Below are positions 1 to 11,500 of a stretch of DNA of 64,000 bases, piece after piece. Made by a program: the position numbers and the translations under genes. This DNA is from Lingula anatina (taxonomy: Eukaryota > Animalia > Brachiopoda). Within the stretch, counting starts at the first letter, position 1, and each line of letters opens with the position of its first letter. Under the pieces are notes generated by a model, which was not told where the DNA came from, did not search any database, and was given only the letters and a program-made list of their open reading frames with translations. The DNA is taken from contig CM120640.1 in the NCBI GenBank assembly GCA_051362555.1, forward strand, positions 5,518,001 through 5,582,000, given 5' to 3'.

Positions 1-157
1 TAGACATGATTTAATTATTTTACCATTTGATGTTTAACGCCACACCAGCTAAACTCTAGGGTCTGTGTGTTTTTCGATAAAAAAAATATTTTCATATATC
101 ATTTTTAGCTTATTATTATCAATTATTCTTTTTATTTATTTATTTTAATTTTTAAAG

Positions 158-338
158 CTTAGTCAATCGTGTCATTAAGTGCGTTCTCTCTGTATGTATG
201 CTGATGTGCCTAGCAGTGAAGATGGCGGTGAGTGGGAGGACTGATCAGATTACTTTTGCTGATTATTATGAACACAGCTTAATGGGAAGGCCAGCCACGA
301 AGAGCATCATACCGAGTGTCGGCCTATATCCAATGTAA
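158..338 (+). CDS. Possible coding exon of an unidentified gene starting upstream of the window
   Basis: T-rich tract and AG (156-157), then 60 codons LVNRVIKCVLSVCMLMCLAVKMAVSGRTDQITF...GLYPM* in a GC-richer island; a GTAAGG donor at 335 overlaps the stop. No family recognised. Confidence 0.3.
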
Positions 339-2343
339 GGTGTTACACATGTACACAGCAGCATTCTCCCCGTACATAAGGCATTCCATAAACAATGCTT
401 CTTTTCGAACAATGACGTTGATTAGAAAGGAAACTACATGTGAAAACAAAAGTCGCGACATTCAACCATGTATTTCACAAATGCTATCTAGTAAATTATT
501 AACATAGGCCTTCTGTTAAGTAGACTTCACTCAAATACTGATATGGAAGTGCTACTATAGCATCCACGAAAAATACATTTTCTAGCTGCGCAGAGATCAC
601 AACTGTCGCAATCACTCTTTCCGTACGCGTGATATGTCACACTGAAAAGTATGCACCATCTGCGAGCAACTTGCAGATAATTAAATTTTGTTTACTGTGT
701 CTCTGCTGCAAATTATTTGTTTTTACGTCATGACACTCGTGCATACTTAATATGGATTAGTGAACAAGTGTGGGTCCTGGAAAACGGAACAAATCCGTTT
801 TTAATTTTCAAAAGTGTCCAGTTTGCTCTTTTATTATTTCGATGTTTGTTTCAATTCAAAGAAATTATTCAAAATAAATGTTGTTTTCATATTAGTAATA
901 AGATATGATAAAAATGTTAATTGCGAATTAAGTTCAACGGAAATAGAAAGAAGATAAAAAATACCTCTCTGGCTTCTAAATTCTAAACACGAAAGACATA
1001 TGGCGAAAGTTATCAATTAAAGATGAAGGAACGGTTTACGGTTTTCATTTATCGGAAAGATTGCACAAATTAAGAAATTAACTTGATTCAATTTATCATC
1101 TTGATGCCTGTATCACATATCATGTAACACGCAATCTTGCAGTAGCTGGCAGAGCAAATACGCGAGTAAAGTGGGGTATTCATATTAAAAGTTGCGATGC
1201 GGAAAGTCTTATCGTGGTACACGGTGTCTTTACGGAGGGATGTTATTTACGCGCACAAGCTATCGCCCGTAACTAAGAGAATTTCTACCAAGAAGAAAAT
1301 AAGTTTCTGCTTGTTGCTTACAGTTGGTTGCGTCCTCACCCCTTTTTAATGAACTCCTTTTTGGCGACAAATGAAATCCTCTGTGGCGCTTATTAATTTT
1401 ACGAGGCAGTTTTATAACAACACGAGTTAGAAAAACCTAAAATAAGTCGAAATTAGTTCCTTACAAAAAGTATTCGGTTAAAATCGCATCTTATATAGGC
1501 AGGTGCCTATCGAATTTGCCATAAAACCTCGCAAGAAGTGTGGTGCTTTTCTACTACGGGGACCTCAGTGTACTTAGCTCTCTCGTTTGAACGTCCCGGT
1601 TATTTACTGTACCGTTCTACAGATTTCTTTTTTTTTTTTTTGTGTTAGGTTCATTACATGTACTTTACAGGGTCTTTTTCAATATTATGGCACCGTTGCA
1701 AACAACCAATCCAAATTTTAATTTTAAAATTACAATTAATACTTATTTCCAAATGTCCAGAAAAATACCTGATAAAGCATACAGTTTGATCTAATAAATA
1801 AAATGAAATGCATTTAAGGTGCACGAGGCTGTGATATGGATACATGAATATTTGATCCTGGTCAAAGGTATAAAAAATTGAATGATAACAGAATTATCCA
1901 GGGTAAACCAGGTTAAACTAACTCATTCATCTAGTTTACCTGTGAGTAATATCTCAAGTAAGTTGTAAAGATAATAAATCACCTTTGAGTATACGATCAA
2001 AATTTATTGTTTTCAGACAGAAGGAAAACAATTTTGAGCAAAAGACAACATTATTAAAATTAAATGTGCTTGTTTGAACATGAAGAATTACGCTCTAATA
2101 CAAATTGTTTTGATATCAATTTTTGAATTTAGGTACAAATGAAAAACTTCCTACAGAAAACTTTGATTTCTCCAGTAGTGATTTTTTAAACATGGAGACG
2201 GTTGCATTCCTTATTTAAGAAGTCTGATATGAGTGGCATTTATCTCTAAAAAGATACACAAGCAGTTAATTAAAAAATAAATTACTAGAACACCATGCTG
2301 TTTAAATGAGTTACGGGCAACCTTACACACGATTGAAGCATCT

Positions 2344-2536
2344 TCAAGGGGCAGTGGTCGCTGGGGCAACAACAGCGGGTTTTGCTGCAAATTTCCTGTA
2401 GAGAAAAAGCAAAAAATACAAACCCATATGAAGTATCCATGTTTTTAACATCATCTAAGACAACGTTGTGCATTTTCATTTTGCGTTTCTTTCAATATAA
2501 TGCCTTTACTTTAATCATCAGCATTGGTAATTTAAT

Positions 2537-2587
<51 letters not shown>

Positions 2588-4658
2588 ACAATAAATTGTA
2601 TTTTACATGATCATAACAAATAAACATATTAGTTGAAATAATCGTATCTACATGTATGAAGGATTTAGCAAAACTTACAATTTCCAAATGACGACGCCGG
2701 CCACCGCCAGGCCTGTTGCAGTTAATCCCCCGGCACCACCGGCCACCGCACCAATCCAAGAGGACGATTCTGGTGACACCTGTGTCTCCTCTGTTGTCAT
2801 GGTGCTAGTCGTATCATCTGCCATTGTCTGAGTTCTGGAAGAAGTGGTAGTTTCTTCTGCACGAAGCTTTGGTATTGTTTTTAAACTTATTTTGTTACTC
2901 AAAGTAGACGCTGTAGTTGGGTTATTTTTGTTGCTCAATTCAGCTGATGTCGATGTCCCTGAAGCCACCACAGTTGTTGTATCTGGTTGCGTTGATGTCA
3001 TTGTGTCCAAAGGGTCTCCTTCTAGCACTATGTCGTCGATTGCAATATCATTAAAGACTGCATTTTTGCAGCTTGCTTTGAATGTGAGCTAAAAATATAA
3101 ACAAATGCAATGTTATTTCCAAAGAAAACTGAGTATAATAATGTCGATGATAAAAAAGTGACCTCAAATTAAAACGGGAGGGATCTTAGATCAGAATTCA
3201 TATTCTTTAAAAAGTCTTTTTATTCTACAGAAAACGTTTCACTATGTCCTCTGTATATTATAGTTTCAGAATAATTCTCAAGTTTACGTGTATGTTTTTT
3301 AAATGTATCTGCAGTGTGAAGTTTTCTTGCAGTGTGAACTATTTCTTTGTTTTGATTGAATATTCAATCAACAGAGTTCAATACTATGCGTAAAGATGTC
3401 TCCTCAGGGTATCCTTAAACAATTATATACAGTAATCAACAATTTGTACCACTTACTCGATAAACACCAGACTCTAGCTGGACAGTGGCCTGCGTCCATT
3501 CTTGGGAACCAGTGTGGTTAACGGAGGAGTCCCAAAGTTTAAAACCGTTCTTGCCAAAAAGATGCAAATAGCCGACAGACGGTCCTTTTAACACATACCA
3601 GAAGGTAAGCTTAGCCTCTGTTGTTAGATTCAATAAGCTGCTTTCTAGTTGGATCTCTGTTTCGTTATGAGAACATTCACGCCGGGGTGGAGTGTAGCTG
3701 AAGGTGTAATAAAGATAACTCCCACGTAGGTCTGGAAAAGGGAAATTCATCAAAACTAAAACAACATTTCAATAATAAAATTGATCCGGTTTAATGAAAT
3801 ATCTAAATACCGTGATCATGTATAAATAAATATATAAATGACGAAAGAGATAAATAAACAGAACGTAAAATAATGAATAAAATGCACGAAAATAATGAAT
3901 AAAATGCACGAAAAATATAAAATAAATAAGTGAAAATATGGTGGTAAGTCCAGCATTGGGTCACCCAGACGAACCGATTGCAGCTATACAAGAGGGACAT
4001 AAAGTTAAAACCAAAATTAATAAAGACCCAATTTTGTAATCATGAATTAAGGAAATGACCAATGTTCTTACTTTGAAGGGTATGGTCATCGTTGGGTCCC
4101 GAATATCTATCACTATCATGAGGGAGTTTAATGGTCTGTTTTCCCATGTGCCAGATCCCCCATCCTTGTTGTGGGTCATCGCTGACGTTGTGCCAACCAC
4201 ATGGTCCGTCCTCAAACGAACAAGACACCTGGGTGTGCACGCAACCTGGGGTGATGAATTATCACAATTAATGTTCATTCAAAAAATGTGTTATATGAGA
4301 TGTTACAGGTCGAAAGATCAATGTTTACAATCATAAAAAATAATACCATTACCATAAAGCTTTTGTAAATAAAGCATCTCGCATGAGGAGTTTTTCAAAG
4401 AAATGAAATAGGCCTACACAAAGAACGTAAATTTCACAAACTCTCTCTATATACATATATGTTCAAAATTTCTCCTACAGGACTTCCAATTAATAACTTT
4501 AGTATTTGTAAGCCCATTGAAATAATATATAACTATGTAATTATCTCGACTGGATGTCAAATATTTTCCAGAAACGTACACTTTATTAACATACTAAAAT
4601 ATTTCAAATACTCACGGAAACAAAAGGCTAGAACACAAGCAAGGTATAGACCATTCAT
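2344..4658 (-). CDS. MAM-domain type I membrane protein, copy A (signal peptide, one MAM, Ser/Thr stalk, TM helix, short tail); 5 coding exons
   Basis: Exons 4658-4616, 4245-4072, 3731-3457, 3088-2679, 2395-2344, all GT/AG and phase-compatible. MAM motifs SCSFEDGPCGW, GPNDDHT, GSYLY, LTFWY, LWDSS..W, DIAIDDI; TM WIGAVAGGAGGLTATGLAVAGVVIW; tail KLKFAAKPAVVAPATTAP*. Confidence 0.88.
2543..2584. repeat. (TA)n microsatellite
   Basis: Pure TA run in the last intron of MAM copy A. Confidence 0.95.
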
Positions 4659-6770
4659 CTTTTGAAAATTATACTTCGTTGTCACCCGAACATCGCGGTA
4701 AGTGCAAGGGGAACACAGAACAGTGACCAAACTTATAACTTGTTGAGTCAAATATGTCTTGAAATCGCTTGGTGACCAAAGTAGATACAACAAGTCAATA
4801 GAGCGAATCTAGATACTGAGCGCCAGGGGCTCAGAGTTGCGTAGGCTTACTTGTGTAAACATCTGTTGAAGTGGCAGAAAGATAGCAGCACGCAAATTGT
4901 CTTGGTTTGCAAATACGAAGACATGCGTGACTGTAAGCCATTGCGTCACGATAATCAAAATTATGTCAGACGATTAAAAGTTTCAAACTTAATGCTTTTT
5001 TGGAAAGGGGGTGGGTAGACGTTAATCTCGCACGAAGAGTTCGCAGCAGTATACTGCTTTTTTTGGCTGTCGTTGAATATTGCCTGTAGTCATTGTCTTC
5101 ATTTACGGGCATTACGAACTTTTTAAAACATATTTAGGCAGAGTATATCGCAAGGAATTCGAAATATGGGAATCAAGTGATATTTTGGAAAGCTTTGGTA
5201 TACGTAATGACTATGGGAAGTGCCCGGAAGACGGTTGGTTTACCAGCTACTTATAAGAATCACGAGATTATGTCATTAACTTTCCCGGTGAATTCAATTG
5301 CTGTGATTGAGAGATAATACAGAGACAGTTATGAAGATAAATGATTTCAATGCAAACGAAAATTTAATTTATGACTCGATAGATATGCCGGTATATATTA
5401 AGCGTGCTGATAACCAAATCCTTTAATCTTTGACAGTTCAAAAGGGTATTCGTTAAAATCAACCACGAATTGGTTAATAAGAATTACCAATTTGTAAATG
5501 CTCTTCGAAAAATCTCATCGATATTGTCTTTATGGTATTAAATTGAGAAGCGATATGTTTTTTAGTTAAAAAATTAGCCTAGTTATTTTTTAGACCTGTT
5601 CGTGGGTATTTTATTTTTAATAAAAAAGAAGGACAAAAAAGAGAGCCTAACTTAGATGTATGAAAACCTTTGTCAATGTTGATTAAGTTATTTTTGGCAT
5701 CGTATGCGATACAAGATCCTTCACATTCAAAAAAGATACCAAGTAATCTTGATTGAACCCCTTGAGCTTGGTTTTTACTCCCCAATAAGAGAAACCAAAA
5801 AAATGAAATTTATTACGAAGAGGTTGAAACTGGTCAATGAAAAATAGAAAACCTCAAGAGTCACCTCGTTACTTGTTTCTGGTCCAGTAATAACTTGGCT
5901 TTGTTTGCGGTCTTCTTGGGCAATTTTAAAAACGGAGGCTTCACGATTTAGCAGATAAGTCAAGTTCGAAATAAGATAAGAGGACGTGGGGGGCATTGAA
6001 TTCTTTTAACGTTCTTTTATTTTACATATAGAACAGCGCAGACATGTTGGTTTTCACACCTTCCCTCCTTCTTAAAATACTTAAGCATGTTGACAAATTT
6101 TAAAGAAAACAGTGTCAACCGACACATGAAAAGTGAGAAAATCTAAATGTTTAATAAGGGCAATAATTCGATAATTTTTCATAAATTTTGAGTCAGAATA
6201 AAGCAAGTTGAATGATTTATTTAAATTGTATTATTTTCCCTATTAATATGGAAATTCTAGATTACACATAGAGGGTCAGAATGGTGGGAGATGAAAAACG
6301 ATGAAGAAAATGAGTTTTGGTGCGTTGATATTAGTGTATTAAAAAGGAAGTGTAAATTCAGTACGAATACGAACGAAAACAGAGTTGAATTATCGTTGAG
6401 GATTTTAAGGTAATAGTTTGTCTCCTACAATCGGGCGATCGAGAACGGTGTAAACAATTTAGTAAATCATTTTTTCGTAGATCATTTGTTTCCTGCACTA
6501 CACAGGCTGTGTAATACTGCAAATTTTCCTTTCATTACCAACAGTTGTAGACAGCGAAATTTTTAATTCAATTAAAGAATACACACTACCAAAAAGTAGA
6601 TTTTGATATTGGTCTAAAATTTTGGACATGTGTGTGTGTGTGTTTGACAGCCCTCGTGGAAACTGCAAAAGAGAGACGCCCGAAAGTAATGACGCGCTTA
6701 AACCTCTTCTCTCACATGGCGTGTTTCTTCTGTGACGTAACTACCACTCAACACAACCGCGGTCGACGAA

Positions 6771-7495
6771 ATGGTATGATAGGTTTCTTCTTTTTTAAAG
6801 TATTTTCCTTGGTATTATCATCATGATAATCTCATCAAAGTCATTTTTCAATACACTTGAAAGTGAAATAATACGTAATTTTCTAAAACTCCCTACTTAT
6901 TGCAGATTAAAGATAAAGATGCCTTTTTATTTTTTTCTCAGAGCTTGTGAATATTGCTTGTCTTGACTGAAAATCAAACATAATTTACCAACAAAAATTA
7001 ATAATAGAATATTTATGATAAAATCAGGTACATAGCAAAACATAAAATATTGAACAAATGACACAGGGGCGGATTTAGTCCGTCTTCTGGGTCTTCCGGA
7101 AGACGGTCAGATTATTCAGGTTTACACTGACGGGTATCTAATTTTTTCTGTCGGAAGACGGTCAAAAATGGAGGGTGGATCAATAAAGATAATTCAGAAG
7201 TCTGTCACAAAATATGTCTGGATCCGCCCCTGTGACATTTCTTTTCCAGTCATGGCGCGAGCTCGGCAGACTGTTAGGTCGAGGCCGTCGGCAGCGGTAC
7301 ACTGTAATCGCAAACAGCGCGGTCGTCGGGCATAGAGATGAAGTGGCTCAGACGGACGCACCTCTTTCTACCACAATGGAGACTCCACCTGTTGCTAATC
7401 AAACCAAAAACGCGTCTGTTAAAACAGCGGATCTAAGATTTCCCGTCAATGACAGAGCGAAGGTCGACGGAAAAGAAAATGATTTACAATTGCAG
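6771..7495 (+). pseudogene. Truncated duplicate of the F-box/LRR gene (exons 1-2 only)
   Basis: ATG|gtatga at 6771-6773 and exon 7250-7495 match 20525-20527 and 20833-21079. The exon is 1 bp shorter (phase shift), a MITE sits just upstream of its acceptor, and no copy of the F-box/LRR exon follows. Confidence 0.8.
7064..7232. mobile_element. 169-bp hAT-like MITE with 5-bp TSD (TGACA)
   Basis: TIRs CAGGGGCGGAT...ATCCGCCCCTG flanked by TGACA; the paralogous site near 20816 (acaaaTGACAtttc) is empty. Confidence 0.9.
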
Positions 7496-7988
7496 GTTAT
7501 TTTCTATTCGTTTACATGATGTTTTCATTAATTTCAAAGGCTGTTTCCCCCAATAAACTTCATTGGTAACCTCAATTTAATTGTGATTCCCCCTTATTTC
7601 AACACGTGATAGTACCGCAACCGTTGCTTAAAGTCGTATCAATCTTGCTTCTTTCAGAGGTGAGCCATCGGGTTAAATTCTGTAAACTAGAAAAATTAAA
7701 AAGTAAAAACATTCTTGGCATATTTCTTATCAGTATTTTAAGATGAACAATTTTCTGTTTGCTCATGTGAACCTGTGGCTTAGGGAATTGGGAGGATTTA
7801 CTTGACCCGTTTACAGCAGCTCACTGTTGGCAAGTTGCCATAAACATCTTACCCCCTGTGTCAATTTACAATTTGTCGACTTTTATCGAATTCTGTCCCG
7901 ATTACGAATTTATTGAATAGGTTTAAACATCATATTGTAAGCCATAGGTAGCTAGACTGAGATACACAAAGTACTATTTCACTGATTT

Positions 7989-8101
7989 CTCATTGTTAAT
8001 TTGCAGCTTGCTTTGAATGTTAACTAGAAATATAAACAAATACAATAAAAATTTCTTGTAAAAAACTGATACATAAATCTATCGTTATTGATAAAAGAAG
8101 T
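7989..8101. repeat. About 112-bp insertion copied from 11221-11334 (MAM copy B last-exon acceptor region)
   Basis: ctcattgttaatttgcagcttgctttgaatgttaactagaaat...gataaaagaagt is near-identical at both sites and absent at the paralogous position near 21527. Confidence 0.88.
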
Positions 8102-9174
8102 CCCAGGGCAATTGTCAGGACCCATGGCCCCAGGGCAGTGGTCAGGACCTTCCCTCAACCTAATAATTTTTTCATAATTTTCCTTTCCTCTGACATCAGG
8201 GGTTTTATAAATAGTATACAATAATTTTGTTACAGACTACTGGCGCACTCTGTAGGCAAAGAGTAAATTTTTCTCGTTAGGCTTCAACCTCTTTTTACGG
8301 CTGTGGGTGCATACTTTCCCGAAAAGGGACTTCTTTTTTTACAATCTATGTAGTATGGGTGCACATACAATTTTTAAAGACATATCAGACACTTGAGCTC
8401 AATACATGAACGGGAAAATGAATTAAATACAAGGAGGACAATATTTTTGTAAAAAAAAAAAATTAATTAAATGGACTTAATAGATGTACGTTGTAAACAT
8501 CTAAATTCTCAACTTGATTGGCCATGCGAATGTTGGGGCACGGTCTTTATAAAAGTAAAGTTACAAAGAACAAAAAGTCCACTGACACTTTCAGAATCTA
8601 TTCCTCAATCCCGGTTACATATGAAAATTGCTAATAATGTAAAATCATCTTTTTAAAAGCCCTGGCGAGGAACGCTAATTATGAGATTTCATGGCGTAAA
8701 GATAGGACATCAACCTCAACTGCAAGTGCAGAAATTACTAGAAACTAATAAGTGTGACTTACAGATTTAATGTCCAGAAACGACGTACATGTACGTGTGG
8801 CTCCTGGATGCCACACGAGAGAAGTGACTCAAAATCCGCTAGCAATAGCTTAAAACGCTCTGAATGAATAACTTTATCATCTTCCTGAATACTAAAATCT
8901 GGTTTACATGAAAAGTTTACAATAACATCTTTATCATCAGATTACCAACATAAAGGGTTTCAAGCCCAAGCTTTAAAATTGTCAGTTTTTTTTTCTTTGT
9001 AAATTTGACAATATAGCTCGACTAATGAAAAGTGCTAAATTTAGTAGTCCGTTTGTTAATGCTTAAAATAATAAACAAAGGACTTCCAAATACAATTTAA
9101 GACATTCATTATTGTCTTTAGTGAATTCAGTTGAGACAATAAAGAATTATCATAAAGGAAGCTCACACAAAGAA

Positions 9175-9916
9175 AGGCCTACCCAACTACCAGACACTGC
9201 ACCGAATGATCCTGAATTCACCGGTAGATCGGACCACACTACCCGTTTTCAAGGTGTGTATCAGTACGCGTTTCGAAGTATCAGACGTGATACCGGAATG
9301 TAGTTCAGTGAGAGAAAATTAGTGCTTTTTTCTTTTTTTCCTGGCATTTCTTGTGTTTTGCTAGGGTTAATTTTGGTATCAACTAGCAGGCTAGGGTGTA
9401 AACTACTGCCAGTTTTTTTTTTCAGGACCAGGCACAGGTGCGGTGCAGTCGTGAGACCTCTGGCGGAGGGGGCTACTGACTGTGAGTGGTGCAGTGGTTT
9501 GTTTACAAACAGAGGGGTGCACATGTTCAAGTGATGCCGGTAAGAAATAATGTTTGATGACAGTACATTTTTTTGCCATTGGGAGTTGTCAGTGCGTCTG
9601 CTGTCTATGGGGATGGGAAATGTTTCACAGAGTATTTTTGTTCATGCAGTTTTGCAGGCATTTCTTAGTATGGTCGTCAATGGGAAATTATTTAGTGGTT
9701 TCTGCCCTGAATACGCGAAGTGATAGTGATTCTCAGATGATTCTCAGCGGGATGATTCTCAGCGGGGTTGGAAAGTATTGCATCACCACTCAAAATTTGT
9801 TCCGGGTATGATATGTGAAATGCGTACTGACGCACACCTTGAAAACGGGCAGTGTGGTCCGATCTACCGGTGAATTCGGGATCATTCGGTGCCGAGTCTG
9901 GTAGTTGGGTAGGCCT
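9175..9916. mobile_element. 742-bp non-autonomous TIR element (MITE) with about 100-bp TIRs; superfamily unclear
   Basis: 9175-9274 (aggcctacccaactaccagac...) is the imperfect reverse complement of 9817-9916; no convincing TSD; no transposase ORF. Confidence 0.82.
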
Positions 9917-10026
9917 GATTAAGATACCATTATAAACAATCAATTAAACTGAAATTAATCAATCACAATATTTACGTAAGTCTTATGCAACACTGCATAT
10001 TTTAGACAAGGAAAGGTCCCAAAGAT

Positions 10027-10505
10027 CTGATGCTTAAGATCTTTAATAAAGATGCAATCAACAATGCACTTCCATCAACTTAGATTATTCATTTGATTAT
10101 TCATTTATACATTAAACAATATCCTGTTCATACAAAACATCCTTGCTTAACTTTATGTATCTGGTATTGGCATCCTTCCCGATGGCACATCTGCGGTCGT
10201 GTTTCCTATAAAAAGCTTAGGTTTCAATTAATGCACTTTAATGATGTACATGTATAGTCCTTTTGAATTAAATAAGAAAGCAGTCACATTATTCTGATTG
10301 GATACTTGTAGCTACAATCAAAAACCATTTTGTCTTTGTAATTTTACTATCATTTAAAAGAAGTTTACGCAAGAGGATAATAAATGAGCAAATAAAAAAG
10401 TATTGAAAAATTGAAAAACTACAACATCTAAATCAATTGAAAAAGTAATAAGTGTCATCAGTCTTCTATTCCACTCCTCTAGTTGACATATTTTGACATT
10501 ATAGG
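10027..10505 (-). pseudogene. Degenerate duplicate of the TIMM29 last codons and 3' UTR region
   Basis: Collinear with about 23592-24095 (e.g. gatacttgtagctaca, ttgaaaaact.caacat, ataagtgtc, ttccactcctct encoding EEW). Confidence 0.8.
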
Positions 10506-10510
10506 TTATC

Positions 10511-11053
10511 TTGAACCTAGGACCTTGCTTCCTAGCTCGAACCAAAAGTTTCACATCCCTAGTCATGGTGGTATTTTTCTCAGTTCCAGAAGAAGTGGAT
10601 ATAGTTTCTCATGCATGCAGCTTTCATGTTGTCTTTATACTGCTTTCCTCACTCAAAGTTTTTGTTTTTTGTCCTGCTCAGCCATTGTAGTTGAACCTAG
10701 GACCTTGCTTCCTAGCTCGAACCAAAAGTTTCACATCCCTAGTCATGGTGGTATTTGTCTCAGTTCCAGAAGAAGTGGATATAGTTTCTCATGCATGCAG
10801 CTTTCATGTTGTCTTTATACTGCTTTCCTCACTCAAAGTTTTTGTTTTTTGTCCTGCTCAGCCATTGTAGTTGAACCTAGGACCTTGCTTCCTAGCTCGA
10901 ACCAAAAGTTTCACATCCCTAGTCATGGTGGTATTTGTCTCAGTTCCAGAAGAAGTGGATATAGTTTCTCATGCATGCAGCTTTCATGTTGTCTTTATAC
11001 TGCTTTCCTCACTCAAAGTGTTTGTTTTTTGTCCTGCTCAGCCATTGTAGTTG
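10511..11053. repeat. Three near-identical 180-bp tandem repeats derived from decayed MAM stalk-coding sequence
   Basis: Period exactly 180 bp. The minus strand reads TLSEESSIKTT*KLHA*ETISTSSGTE, resembling TLSNKISLKTIPKLRAEETTTSSRTQ of copy A but with stops; it lies downstream of the copy B stop codon. Confidence 0.9.
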
Positions 11054-11153
11054 TTTCTTAAGACAGCATTATGTTTTGGTAGTTTTTTGTTTGTGTTGCT
11101 CACTTCAGCTCCTCTTGATGTTTCTAAAGGCAGGACTGTTGTTCTAATGCTGA

Positions 11154-11447
11154 TTAGGTTGCTGTAATTGTGTCCAAAGGTTCTCCTACTAGTACTATGT
11201 CATCGATGGCAATATCATTGCTCATTGTTAATTTGCAGCTTGCTTTGAATGTTAACTAGAAATATAAACAAATAGAATAAAAATTTCTTGTAAAAAAACT
11301 GATACATATATCTATCGTTATTGATAAAAGAAGTGACTTCTAATTGAAACATGAAGGAACTTTGATAGTTCTTCACTGCAAAACCATGCATTGCCAGAAT
11401 TTATATTCTTCGTCAAAGCTCTATATCTGACAGATATGTAAAAATTC

Positions 11448-11500
<53 letters not shown>

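Larger units (their letters stand above)
3450..8513. repeat. Segmental tandem duplication, left copy (paralogous to about 16940-21908)
   Basis: Collinear similarity through MAM exons, intergenic DNA and F-box exons 1-2, e.g. tctagatactgagcgccagggg near 4808 and 18259, and catctaaattctcaac at 8498 and 21893. Confidence 0.93.

Noticed and set aside
219-233. AAGATGGCG|GTGAGT as a YY1-type first coding exon
   Set aside because: No phase-compatible downstream exon of a recognisable gene found; the motif also fits inside the longer open frame 159-338.
2285-2479. Cys-rich ORF EICSKTRCCCPSDHC as the MAM copy A cytoplasmic tail
   Set aside because: The upstream donor is phase 2, which selects the frame KFAAKPAVVAPATTAP*.
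2844-3092. Hydrophobic Val/Leu-rich + strand ORFs (also 12499-12774 and 13160-13483)
   Set aside because: Antisense shadows of Thr/Lys/Ser-rich stalk exons.
10511-11053. In-frame TGA codons as selenocysteine or readthrough
   Set aside because: They lie after an upstream TAA stop and frameshifts, align to non-Cys residues in copy A, and no SECIS was recognised.
10483-11061. 192-aa + strand ORF as a gene
   Set aside because: It is one 60-codon open frame tripled by the 180-bp repeat, antisense to decayed stalk sequence, with a TTG rather than ATG start.
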